From UHGV virus genome UHGV-0357081: a stretch of DNA of 42,409 nt, one strand, 5' to 3'. The notes under the pieces are model-generated. The model worked only from the letters and a program-made list of their open reading frames with translations, had not been told where the DNA came from and did not search any database. Of this stretch, positions 17,265 to 26,319 are shown one piece after another (within the stretch, counting starts at the first letter, position 1; each line of letters opens with the position of its first letter). A program made the translations under genes and the position numbers. The DNA is from a virus.

Positions 17265-17309
17265 AGAGCCAAACAGATGCAAGAGTTTGTTTGGCTCTTT
17301 CTTTATATT
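17265..17309 (+). terminator. rho-independent terminator preceded by a conserved 26-nt box
   Basis: AGAGCCAAACA ... TGTTTGGCTCT stem followed by TTCTTTATATT. Preceded by TAGAGCCAGACGCCAGACGCAGAGCC (17245-17270). Confidence 0.5.
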
Positions 17310-17502
17310 GACCTCCCTCCTATAGCACATGTCCTTAAAAGAAACAGGTTCTAGCGCATAGCGTGAACAGCCTGGAGGTTGAAAAGCGGATGCAATTTCC
17401 GGCATGTGCGTTTTTGGACAAGTCAAGTCCTACAAAATGGCAACCGTTGGTGGACGGTTACACACCTACAAATAACCTAATAACGGAAAAGGAGAATCAT
17501 CA

Positions 17503-18126
17503 ATGAAAACCGAAGAATTAAAAGCACAGGGATTGACAGAGGAACAGATATCTTTTGTCATGGCTGAAAATGGGAAAGACCTCAAAAAGTTGCAGAAAGA
17601 AAACGACAATCTGAGCGCGGACCGGGATACCTGGAAAGAAAAAGCAGAAGCAGCAGAAGCAACGCTGAAAGGCTTTGAAGGGGTTGACCTGGAGACGATG
17701 CAGAGGGAAATATCTGACTGGAAACAGAAAGCTACGGAAGCCGAGAAAAAAGCCCAGGAGCAGCTTTACGCGCGTGACTTTTCGGACGCTCTGAAAACGG
17801 AATTTGAGGGTATTAAGTTTTCCAGCGAAGCGGCTAAACGTGCAATTATGGCAGAAGTAAAAGAGGCCGGTTTAAAACTGAAAGATGGTAAAATTCTGGG
17901 GCTGAATGACCTTTTGTCTCAAATGAAAGAAAAAGATGCTTCGGCTTTTGTTGATGATGCACAGCAGCAGGTACAGCAGAACATGGCGAGGTTTACCGCA
18001 CCAGTAGGTAAGCAGAATACGCCAGGAACTATGACACGAAAGGATATTGAAGCGATTAAAGACCCGTCTGAGCGCCAGTCTGCAATCGCCAGTAACCTAC
18101 ATTTATTCGGTAAAGGAGAACAGTAA
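17503..18126 (+). CDS. scaffolding protein
   Basis: 207-aa highly charged helical A/E/K-rich protein immediately upstream of the major capsid gene. RBS AAAGGAGAA. Confidence 0.55.
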   Translation: MKTEELKAQGLTEEQISFVMAENGKDLKKLQKENDNLSADRDTWKEKAEAAEATLKGFEGVDLETMQREISDWKQKATEAEKKAQEQLYARDFSDALKTEFEGIKFSSEAAKRAIMAEVKEAGLKLKDGKILGLNDLLSQMKEKDASAFVDDAQQQVQQNMARFTAPVGKQNTPGTMTRKDIEAIKDPSERQSAIASNLHLFGKGEQ

Positions 18127-19298
18127 TGGCAGCAAAAGCCAATTTAATTACAAGTGCAGACATACAGGTTACGGCTCGCGAAATTGATTTTGTAACACGC
18201 TTTGAAAGGAACTGGCAGCACCTCCGGGATATCCTGGGGATTATGCGTCCTATTAAGAAAACACCGGGCGCGGTGTTGAAAAGCAAATACGCAGAAGGAA
18301 CTTTACAGAGCGGTGCTGTAGGCGAAGGAGAGGAAATCCCTTACAGCAAATTCACAGTAAAGGAAAAGACGTATGCGGAAATGACCATTGAGAAGTATGC
18401 AAAGGCCGTTTCCATTGAAGCAATTAAAGACCACGGCTATGAAAATGCCGTTCAGATGACAGACGATGAATTTTTGTTCCAGCTTCAATCGGATGTAACA
18501 GAACGATTTTATACATATCTGAATACCGGCACGCTTACCGGAACAGAAACCACCTTCCAGATGGCCCTTGCTATGGCAAAAGGAATGGTAGAAAACAAAT
18601 TCAAACAGATGCACCGGAATGTTACAGGTGTGGTTGGGTTCGTGAATATACTGGATGTTTACCAGTATCTAGGTGCCGCTGAAATCACCGTGCAGAATCA
18701 GTTTGGTTTCCAGTATCTTAAGGATTTCATGGGATTCAATACAATCTTCCTGCTGTCCGATTCGGAAATTGCAAGAGGAAAGGTAATAGCTACACCAGTG
18801 GAAAACATTGTAATGTACTATGTTGACCCAAATGAGAGCGATTTTGCACGGGCGGGTCTGGTATATACCACTGGAGCCGGGGAGACAAACCTTATCGGAT
18901 TCCATACTCAGGGGAACTACAATACAGCTGTTTCCGAAGCATTTGCAATCATGGGTTTGACCTTGTTTGCAGAATATATTGACGGAATAGCGGTTGTTGA
19001 TGTTACTGATAATCCCGTTCTTGGAACACTGACGGTAACTTCTTCGGCCGGAAGTACATCGGGAAACACAAAATTAACCGTTGAACCTCCCCTCGAAACA
19101 GGACACATGTACAAGTACAAAGTGGCAGCTGATTCCGCTCCAGAAGTGAAATATGGTCAGAATGTAAAGACGTGGACAGCATGGGACGGTAAAACTGATA
19201 TCAAGGCAACGACCGGGAATCATATCACAGTAGTTGAGTGTGACAATACATATAAGGCGTTGAAATCTGGAAATGACGATGTAACGTCTCGCTCTTAA
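18126..19298 (+). CDS. major capsid protein with C-terminal Ig-like domain
   Basis: 390 aa, placed after the scaffold. The C-terminal ~90 aa (TLTVTSSAGSTSGNTKLTVEPP...KYKVAA...) looks like a Big_2-type Ig decoration domain. Confidence 0.7.
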   Translation: MAAKANLITSADIQVTAREIDFVTRFERNWQHLRDILGIMRPIKKTPGAVLKSKYAEGTLQSGAVGEGEEIPYSKFTVKEKTYAEMTIEKYAKAVSIEAIKDHGYENAVQMTDDEFLFQLQSDVTERFYTYLNTGTLTGTETTFQMALAMAKGMVENKFKQMHRNVTGVVGFVNILDVYQYLGAAEITVQNQFGFQYLKDFMGFNTIFLLSDSEIARGKVIATPVENIVMYYVDPNESDFARAGLVYTTGAGETNLIGFHTQGNYNTAVSEAFAIMGLTLFAEYIDGIAVVDVTDNPVLGTLTVTSSAGSTSGNTKLTVEPPLETGHMYKYKVAADSAPEVKYGQNVKTWTAWDGKTDIKATTGNHITVVECDNTYKALKSGNDDVTSRS

Positions 19299-19315
19299 AG
19301 AAAGGAGAATCCGGC

Positions 19316-19864
19316 ATGGCATATGCAGACTATGAGTTTTACACAACAAAATACTATGGCAGCGACATACCGGATTCCCAATCATTTGATAAGCAGGCAG
19401 AACGGGCAAGCGACTTTCTTGACACTATAACATTTGAACGATTGGTTGACGGCCTCCCAGACAATGAACGAGCGCAAACTAAAATCAAGAAAGCCGTATG
19501 TGCCGTATCTGATAAACTGTATGGTTTGGAACTGGCAGAAAAACAGGCGCTATCTGCCGCCGCTGGAAGTGATTCTAAGACAGATATCAATGGAAAATCT
19601 TCTGGAATTATTGTTTCTCGTAATTCCGGTTCCGAATCAATCAGCTATGCATCCCCGTCTGAAATAGCTAACGGAGCTAAAGCCTGGAGTACTGTATACT
19701 CTGCGGCAGGGGATGAACAGGCAACCAATAAACTCCTGTATGATGCTGCAAAGGTATATCTGATGGGAGTAAGAGATGATAGTGGCGTTCCATTGCTGTG
19801 CGCCGGAATGGGTAGATATGGAATTAAAAGACACCGTACAGATGATGAACAGTGCAGATTATAA
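19316..19864 (+). CDS. putative head-tail connector/adaptor protein
   Basis: Gene order: first gene after the major capsid. RBS AAGGAGAATCCGGC-ATG. Confidence 0.4.
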   Translation: MAYADYEFYTTKYYGSDIPDSQSFDKQAERASDFLDTITFERLVDGLPDNERAQTKIKKAVCAVSDKLYGLELAEKQALSAAAGSDSKTDINGKSSGIIVSRNSGSESISYASPSEIANGAKAWSTVYSAAGDEQATNKLLYDAAKVYLMGVRDDSGVPLLCAGMGRYGIKRHRTDDEQCRL

Positions 19865-20075
19865 GGACAGGTTTGAGGCTGAATATTACCAGATTGTCAT
19901 TCGGTACGAAAAGCTGAAAGCAATGCTGGAAAAGTGGGATAAAGGAGAACTGAATTTTACGCCCACCTGCCCGAGAAGAACATATAATATTCAGATTGCC
20001 GCAATGACTGACTATATTGCCGTTTTGGAGGCAAGAGCAGTCATGGAAGGTGTTGATTTGGAGGAAACAGAGTAA
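19818..20075 (+). CDS. hypothetical protein
   Basis: Internal ATG of ORF 19776..20075 chosen; overlaps the previous gene. Confidence 0.3.
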   Translation: MELKDTVQMMNSADYKDRFEAEYYQIVIRYEKLKAMLEKWDKGELNFTPTCPRRTYNIQIAAMTDYIAVLEARAVMEGVDLEETE

Positions 20076-20338
20076 TGGAAATCACAACATTGGGAACATG
20101 TGTAGCTATTGTGACTCTGAGCTATGTGGTTGGTCTTGGATGCAAAGCGGCAAAGAAGATACCGGACGAATGGATTCCGGTCATTATGGCTGTAGTGGGT
20201 GGCGCTTTGGGCGCGCTTGGAATGGGAACCATACCAGATTTCCCGGCAACTGACTATATCACGGCTGTAGCGGTAGGCGCTGTGTCTGGTCTGGCGGCTA
20301 CGGGGGTTAACCAGATGTATAAGCAGATGAATAAATAA
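20075..20338 (+). CDS. small 3-TM membrane protein (holin-like candidate)
   Basis: Three hydrophobic segments and a charged C-terminus (NQMYKQMNK), about 87 aa. Confidence 0.35.
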   Translation: MEITTLGTCVAIVTLSYVVGLGCKAAKKIPDEWIPVIMAVVGGALGALGMGTIPDFPATDYITAVAVGAVSGLAATGVNQMYKQMNK

Positions 20339-20353
20339 CGGAGGGGATACCTT

Positions 20354-20821
20354 ATGTACAATGCCACGGTGACTGTTTTTAACTATTATGAATCATCCAC
20401 AACTGGCATTGGTATTTGGTATCCCCATGTATTATCTGGTGTTGACCTTAATACTGACAAAGGCGCAATACTAAAAAAGTATGGGCCAGACAGCACGGAT
20501 AATGCCGAATTACACATAATCTACGAGTTACAAGACGGTAAACAGATAATCCGTGATGCTGATGGCAAAGTATTGCCCTGGCTCCCTCCGAAGGAGTGGA
20601 GGAGACAGGTAAATGATTTGTTGGACGATACCATTACATTCGATTTTTCAGACGATTGCTTTTTTTGGGAAGGAGTATGGGATAGTGGTCCGGTAAATGA
20701 TGAAGATTATCGTGACGGTTTTTATGCCTATATGAACAACCGGTATGACTTTGTATATTTGGTATCCTCTGTTGGAGGTCCATACTCTGTGATTCCTCAC
20801 TTTGAGATATTGGGGAAATAA
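20354..20821 (+). CDS. minor capsid / head-tail joining protein
   Basis: First of three consecutive ~155-170-aa genes before the major tail gene. RBS GGAGGGG. Confidence 0.4.
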   Translation: MYNATVTVFNYYESSTTGIGIWYPHVLSGVDLNTDKGAILKKYGPDSTDNAELHIIYELQDGKQIIRDADGKVLPWLPPKEWRRQVNDLLDDTITFDFSDDCFFWEGVWDSGPVNDEDYRDGFYAYMNNRYDFVYLVSSVGGPYSVIPHFEILGK

Positions 20822-20822
20822 T

Positions 20823-21314
20823 ATGGCGAGCAAAACAACACATTTTAAAGGCTTTTCCGTTGTTGATGGAGAGATAAAGATTACGCTCAAATTATCCCGA
20901 TTTGATAAACAATTCCAGCGTGCGCAGTATGAGCTTGATGGAAATGTCATGAATAGTATGGTTCCTTTTATGCCTATGGTTACAGGCGATTTTGTGGATG
21001 TTACCAGAGCCGCAAGCGCCACAATACAAGGAATTGGAAAAGTGTATGCTGCCTATGGAATTACTAGTTGGTTTTTATATCTGGGCAAAACTATGGTTAG
21101 CCCAGTGACAGGCAGTACATGGGCAAAAAAAGGTGAAAAGAAAGTGCTGGTTAGCCAGTATAGCGGAAAAACCAAAGCAAAAGAGGATTTACAATATACC
21201 AAAACAGCGCATCCTAAGGCACAAGCTAAATGGTTTGACGCAGCCAAAAAAGCAGATGGTAAAGAGTGGATAAAGCAAGTAAAGAAAACGGCTGGAGGTG
21301 GAAAGCGTGGATGA
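20823..21314 (+). CDS. minor capsid / head-tail joining protein
   Basis: ATG 2 nt after the upstream stop. Lys-rich C-terminal tail. Confidence 0.4.
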   Translation: MASKTTHFKGFSVVDGEIKITLKLSRFDKQFQRAQYELDGNVMNSMVPFMPMVTGDFVDVTRAASATIQGIGKVYAAYGITSWFLYLGKTMVSPVTGSTWAKKGEKKVLVSQYSGKTKAKEDLQYTKTAHPKAQAKWFDAAKKADGKEWIKQVKKTAGGGKRG

Positions 21315-21813
21315 TGAACGAAAACCAATAGGAAAAGACGCAAGCGGATATGATGTGCTGACAATCGCTGTAAAGGCCTTGCTTAATCAATTCCCCGGTT
21401 TGTATGAAAATGAAACCGTTAAGTTTGAAGAATTGGGCGAGGATAGTGGGATTGCATTTTCGGCAGATAATGGAGCCTTAATCTTTTCTGAGACTGAGGA
21501 TGTACTGGGTGGAGTGCGCCAGACCTGCCAGTATCCCTTCTATATTATATACCGTACATCATCCACAAAAGAGCGGCAGAAAATGAGTATACAGGAATTT
21601 CTTGATACATTTGGAAAGTGGTTATGCCGGGAGCCGGTTGTGATTAATGGGAGTGAGCAACGATTATCAAAATATCCCACATTATCCCAGGGAAGAAAGA
21701 TAACCAAAGTTACCCGTGATAACTCATATGGCCTGGAACCGCAGGAAAGTGGTGTGCAGGACTGGATACTTCCAGTGTCAATAGAATATAAATATGATTT
21801 TGAAAGATGGTAG
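21298..21813 (+). CDS. minor capsid / tail-completion-like protein
   Basis: Overlaps the upstream gene; followed by a terminator. Confidence 0.4.
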   Translation: MESVDDERKPIGKDASGYDVLTIAVKALLNQFPGLYENETVKFEELGEDSGIAFSADNGALIFSETEDVLGGVRQTCQYPFYIIYRTSSTKERQKMSIQEFLDTFGKWLCREPVVINGSEQRLSKYPTLSQGRKITKVTRDNSYGLEPQESGVQDWILPVSIEYKYDFERW

Positions 21814-21831
21814 AGCCAGACGCTAAGACGC

Positions 21832-21862
21832 AGAGCCTTGTGTGATGGCTCTATTTTTGTTT
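21832..21862 (+). terminator. rho-independent terminator preceded by the same conserved box as at 17245
   Basis: AGAGCC...GGCTCT hairpin then ATTTTTGTTT. Preceded by TAGAGCCAGACGCTAAGACGCAGAGCC (21811-21837). Confidence 0.5.
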
Positions 21863-21877
21863 GAAAGGAGAAAAGCA

Positions 21878-22414
21878 GTGGCAACGTGGACTTATGCCGA
21901 TGGAGAGGCAAAAAGAAAAGACTTTATGGTCTTTTGGATAACTGATGGAAGCACCACAAATATCACAAAAGATAAACTTGAAATTATTGGAAAAGGCGTT
22001 GAGGATATGCCGATTTCGATGAATCCAGAGACGGAAGAAAGCCAGGATGTGCTTGGAAATAATAACTATGATATCACCGGATATGCGGAAAGCATGACAG
22101 TGGACCCGACTAATGTATCAGGCGAAAGTAAATATGCTCAAAAGATAGATACGCTTATGGAAGAAAGGGCAACTCTGTCAGATTTGCGGCTGAAATATCT
22201 TTGTGTAAAGCGATACAAAACCGACAGCACGGGAAAGATGCGTGCATGGGTGCAAGAGGGGGTTGTTGAGTTGGGAGACTTTGCAGGAGGACTGAAAGGT
22301 GTTTCCGCAGCTCATACAGTGCATTATGTAGGTGATAGGACTCTTGGCGCTGTAGACCCTACAACAATGGCTTTTACGGCTGATGGGGCAAGTCCTGCTT
22401 CGTTGTCCGAATAA
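21878..22414 (+). CDS. major tail protein (GTG start)
   Basis: Start moved to GTG 21878 (RBS AAGGAG 7 nt upstream) to avoid the terminator hairpin. ~178 aa, placed upstream of the chaperone pair and tape-measure gene. Confidence 0.5.
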   Translation: MATWTYADGEAKRKDFMVFWITDGSTTNITKDKLEIIGKGVEDMPISMNPETEESQDVLGNNNYDITGYAESMTVDPTNVSGESKYAQKIDTLMEERATLSDLRLKYLCVKRYKTDSTGKMRAWVQEGVVELGDFAGGLKGVSAAHTVHYVGDRTLGAVDPTTMAFTADGASPASLSE

Positions 22415-22425
22415 GGAGATTAATC

Positions 22426-22896
22426 ATGCCTAATATTCCAATAAATATTGAAAGTCCGGTTAAATACTACGATTTTACTGACCAGCATGGAGATGTGTTG
22501 GCAACTTTTAAATTTGTTCCAACAGACCTTGACATATTCGAGCGGCAGCAGAATGTGTATAGAGCATTCGAGGATATGTGGATGGAATTAAAAGAAACTC
22601 TTGATAGTAAAAAAAAGGAAGAACTTTCCCTAGAGACAATCAACAGATACGCAAAGTCTCTGCAAGATAAGTTTGATTATCTGTTTAATGCCGATACTTC
22701 CGGTTTTTTCAAAATCGCCAGTCCATTTACCCCTATGGAAAATGGCGACCCCTGGGCGCTGGTAATACTTGAAAGTGTCCAAAAAATCATAGAGCAGGAA
22801 ACCGGTAAGAATTTTACGGAAATGGAAAGTAAGGCCGGAAAATATACACAACCGTATAATGCCGGTCCGGGAAAATACCCATTTCCCGTAAAATGA
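22426..22896 (+). CDS. tail assembly chaperone
   Basis: 156-aa acidic protein between the major tail and tape-measure genes. RBS AAGGAGATTAATC-ATG. Confidence 0.45.
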   Translation: MPNIPINIESPVKYYDFTDQHGDVLATFKFVPTDLDIFERQQNVYRAFEDMWMELKETLDSKKKEELSLETINRYAKSLQDKFDYLFNADTSGFFKIASPFTPMENGDPWALVILESVQKIIEQETGKNFTEMESKAGKYTQPYNAGPGKYPFPVK

Positions 22897-23450
22897 GCGC
22901 AGCGTGGTCCCTCCCATATTCTCTCTCTGTTAATGGAATAGACTATGAAATTCGTGAGGACTTCCGGGCAATATTAGATATTTTATCAGCCTTTGCAGAT
23001 GAAGAATTATCTGACCCAGAGAAAACACAAGCAATGCTTGAAATTCTTTACTGGCCCGTTATCCCGCCTCCGCACGATTTAACAGAAGCGGCAGAAAAAG
23101 CATTATGGTTTATCGACTGTGGTGTGGTGCATGAAGATACTCCATCACCGCGTGTAATTGACTGGGAACAGGACGCAGGAATTATTTTCCCAGCGGTTAA
23201 CAGGATTGCAGGGTTTGAAACACGCGGATGCCAGATAATCCATTGGTGGACTTTCTACGGATGGTTCATGGAAATTGGGGACGGATTGTTTTCTCAGGTC
23301 CTTTCTATCCGGCAGAAACTGTCAAAAGGGAAGCGCTTAGAAAAGTGGGAGCAGGAGTTTTTACAGAACAATAAAAAGCTATGTGAACTTGAAAAATCCA
23401 CTGACAAATCTAAAGAAGAATTTGATTATTTTGCAGAGTTGCTAAAGTGA
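22893..23450 (+). CDS. tail assembly protein (phage Gp15-like)
   Basis: Gene immediately upstream of the tape-measure gene, ATGA-overlapped with the chaperone. Confidence 0.45.
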   Translation: MSAAWSLPYSLSVNGIDYEIREDFRAILDILSAFADEELSDPEKTQAMLEILYWPVIPPPHDLTEAAEKALWFIDCGVVHEDTPSPRVIDWEQDAGIIFPAVNRIAGFETRGCQIIHWWTFYGWFMEIGDGLFSQVLSIRQKLSKGKRLEKWEQEFLQNNKKLCELEKSTDKSKEEFDYFAELLK

Positions 23451-23451
23451 G

Positions 23452-25908
23452 GTGATATCTTTGCAACCTGATGGAACTGTATTAATAGATACTAAAATCA
23501 ATACGGATGGTGCAAAAACAGGCAGCGAAGATATCAAAAGGACGCTATCCGGCACAATGGATTATATAAAATTGCTACCTCAGGCTTTTAAGGATATTCC
23601 AGGCATTATGAAACATACATTTTCATCTGCTTCTAAATCCATACAAAGTCTTACACCAAGTGTACGCAATTTGCAAGATGAAGTGGACCGGTATAAAGAT
23701 GCATTGTATTACGCTGAAAAGGCTGGTTATGGACTTGGCGATGCGCCATATGACAAGGCATTAGCAGGATTGCAACGGGCTAAAAAAGCAATGCAGGATT
23801 ACAAAAAAAAGCTGCTCGGTGTTGATAATGAGCAAAAGAAGGCAAGCAAAAGTGGAAGTAAGCTCAATAAATCATTAAAAGGTACTGAGAAAGCATCCCG
23901 AGGTGCACGAATGGGATTGGGCCGAATGCTTGCAACATCTATCTTATTTAGCACTGTATTCCGTGCCATTTCCGCAGTAACGGGCGGATTAAAAGAAGGT
24001 ATGGATAATCTGGCCCAGTATTCAGATGATACCAATAAAGCATTATCCATGCTAATGTCCAGTATGACCCAGCTTAAAAACTCCTTTGGCACAGCCTTTT
24101 CCCCGTTGGTTGAGTACGCAGCTCCAGCCCTGGCACAGTTCATCAATTTGTTATCCCAGGCCGTCACCTGGACGGCGCAACTGCTGGCGGCATTAACTGG
24201 AAAGGATACATTTGTCAAGGCGGTTAAAGTTCAGCAGGATTATGCGGATAGTCTGGATAAGACCAAAGACGAAACCAAGGATGCAGCCAAAGAAACAGAA
24301 AAGGCATTAGCACCATTTGACAAGCTGATACAGATAACAACAGGAAAGAAAAAAAGCGAAGAAAAGAACGAGCTTAAACCAGAGGATATGTTTACCACGG
24401 AAGAAGTATCCAATGATATTAAGCTACAGGCAGAGGCTATAAAGGATACGCTCGGGAAACTGTTCGACCCGCTTAAGGAATCGTGGCTTGAAAATGGCCC
24501 ACAGGTAATGAGTTCGTTGCAAAACACATTCTCTGCTATTAAGCAGCTTGCAAGTGATGTAGGCGCATCGTTTATGCAGGTGTGGAATGTAGAGGGATAT
24601 GGGAAAGCAATCACGGATGATTTACTAATTACTTTTGCAAATCTGGTTGATACAGTTGGTAATCTAGTTACAAACTTTGATAAGGCGTGGGTATCTGGCG
24701 ATACTGGCACAAACATTTTAAGGCACCTTGGGGATATTATTCTTGAAATAACAGGATTTTTCCGTCAAGCATCAGAAAGTTTAAAAGAATGGTCTGCGGA
24801 TTTGGATTTTTCACCTTTGCTGGAAAGCTTTGACAGGGCTTTGATTGCTGTAAAACCTATTGTATCAGATGTTGGAAACTTACTATTATGGTTTCTTAAC
24901 AATGTACTACTTCCTATTGCAAAATGGGGAATAGAGCAAGCATTACCAAAAATATTTGATTTAATTGCATCAGCGTTGAAAGCAGTACATAGTGTGGTTG
25001 AAGCACTTAAGCCATTAGGTCTGTGGCTCTGGGAAGAATTTTTAAAACCATTAGGCGAGTGGACGGGAGCAGTTATTATAGCCGCATTGGAAAAAGTTGT
25101 AGAATGGCTTACTAGATTTTCGGATTGGGTAAGTCAAAACCAGACATTGGTGGAAAATATTACACTTGCAGTACTGGCATTTTTTGCAGCGTGGAAGTTT
25201 TCAGAATTTGTATTGGGAATAGGACAATTAATAAGCAATCTTGGAGGCTTTTTAGCAATTGGAGAACGTGTTATTTCACTTTTAGCAAGAACCGTATCAA
25301 ATATAAATCCCCTTGTCCTTGCTATATCAGGCATAATATCGCTGATTGCTGTGTTGGCCAAGAACTGGAACAACATGTCTCCAACAGAAAAAGTTATAGC
25401 AAGTATTCTTGCAGCGGCTTCGGCAGTTGGAATTCTTGCAGTCGCTTTAGGAGCATTAGCTGGTGGTGTAGGCGCTGGTGTTGTAGCTGCTTCATTAGCT
25501 GCTGGAATAGCTGCTGCTACAATAGCAATTAATGCTGGTAAGCGTGCTGCATCTGCCGGATATTCTGGTGGGTATGGAGGAAGAAGTGCCTACCCCATGT
25601 CTGCCTATGCAGCAGTCCCCTATAAAATGCCAATGCTTGCAACCGGTACAGTAGTACCACCGCGGGCAGGAATGTTTGCTGCTATCTTGGGAGATAACAA
25701 CCGTGAAACAGAAGTTGTGTCTCCGCTATCAACTATGAAGCAAGCACTTAAGGAAGCGCTGGCAGAAAGCAATATATCTGGTGGAAACCAGATTGCTAAA
25801 GCGGAGCTAATACTTGATGGTACAAGATTTGGTCAGCTTGTAGTCAAATTTGGAAACAACGAAAAGAACCGTGTGGGTGTAAGAATGGTCACGGAGGGTA
25901 GCGTATAA
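23452..25908 (+). CDS. tail tape measure protein
   Basis: 818 aa; long helical segments plus Gly/Ala-rich hydrophobic segments near the C-terminus. Largest structural gene. GTG/TTG start after GAGGTG. Confidence 0.8.
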   Translation: MISLQPDGTVLIDTKINTDGAKTGSEDIKRTLSGTMDYIKLLPQAFKDIPGIMKHTFSSASKSIQSLTPSVRNLQDEVDRYKDALYYAEKAGYGLGDAPYDKALAGLQRAKKAMQDYKKKLLGVDNEQKKASKSGSKLNKSLKGTEKASRGARMGLGRMLATSILFSTVFRAISAVTGGLKEGMDNLAQYSDDTNKALSMLMSSMTQLKNSFGTAFSPLVEYAAPALAQFINLLSQAVTWTAQLLAALTGKDTFVKAVKVQQDYADSLDKTKDETKDAAKETEKALAPFDKLIQITTGKKKSEEKNELKPEDMFTTEEVSNDIKLQAEAIKDTLGKLFDPLKESWLENGPQVMSSLQNTFSAIKQLASDVGASFMQVWNVEGYGKAITDDLLITFANLVDTVGNLVTNFDKAWVSGDTGTNILRHLGDIILEITGFFRQASESLKEWSADLDFSPLLESFDRALIAVKPIVSDVGNLLLWFLNNVLLPIAKWGIEQALPKIFDLIASALKAVHSVVEALKPLGLWLWEEFLKPLGEWTGAVIIAALEKVVEWLTRFSDWVSQNQTLVENITLAVLAFFAAWKFSEFVLGIGQLISNLGGFLAIGERVISLLARTVSNINPLVLAISGIISLIAVLAKNWNNMSPTEKVIASILAAASAVGILAVALGALAGGVGAGVVAASLAAGIAAATIAINAGKRAASAGYSGGYGGRSAYPMSAYAAVPYKMPMLATGTVVPPRAGMFAAILGDNNRETEVVSPLSTMKQALKEALAESNISGGNQIAKAELILDGTRFGQLVVKFGNNEKNRVGVRMVTEGSV

Positions 25909-26318
25909 TGGCTCAGAATGGGAACGGAGTATTTACCATAGACGGAGTTAATCTCCGCCTATGGGTAAAATCCTTAAAGCGAAATTTTTCGGTCGCAGAT
26001 AGTGAAAATTCTGGACGTTTGCAGTCTTATAGGATGCACCGTGATATTATCGGTACATTTTATAATTATACGCTTGATATTGATGCAGAAAGAAGTAACC
26101 CAGCTGACTATGATACATTTTATGAAATTATCTCCGCTCCGGTCGAGTCTCATAATATGGTATTTCCATATGGTCAAGTTACCAAAGAGTTTGAAGCATA
26201 CATAACGAGCGGGGATGATGATTTAAAAATCAACAAGAACGGAAAAGAAGGTGAGCGTAACCATTGGACCGGGTTATCCATTACCTTTACCGCTATGGAG
26301 CCGCAGAGGAGGCCGTGA
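25908..26318 (+). CDS. tail component (distal-tail-like, small)
   Basis: ATGGCTCAG overlaps the tape-measure stop (TAATG). 136 aa. Confidence 0.4.
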   Translation: MAQNGNGVFTIDGVNLRLWVKSLKRNFSVADSENSGRLQSYRMHRDIIGTFYNYTLDIDAERSNPADYDTFYEIISAPVESHNMVFPYGQVTKEFEAYITSGDDDLKINKNGKEGERNHWTGLSITFTAMEPQRRP

Positions 26319-26319
26319 T

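Noticed and set aside
22426-23450. Programmed -1 frameshift joining the two tail chaperone genes.
   Set aside because: The genes are joined by a simple ATGA overlap with a complete stop and start. No slippery heptamer was seen at the junction.
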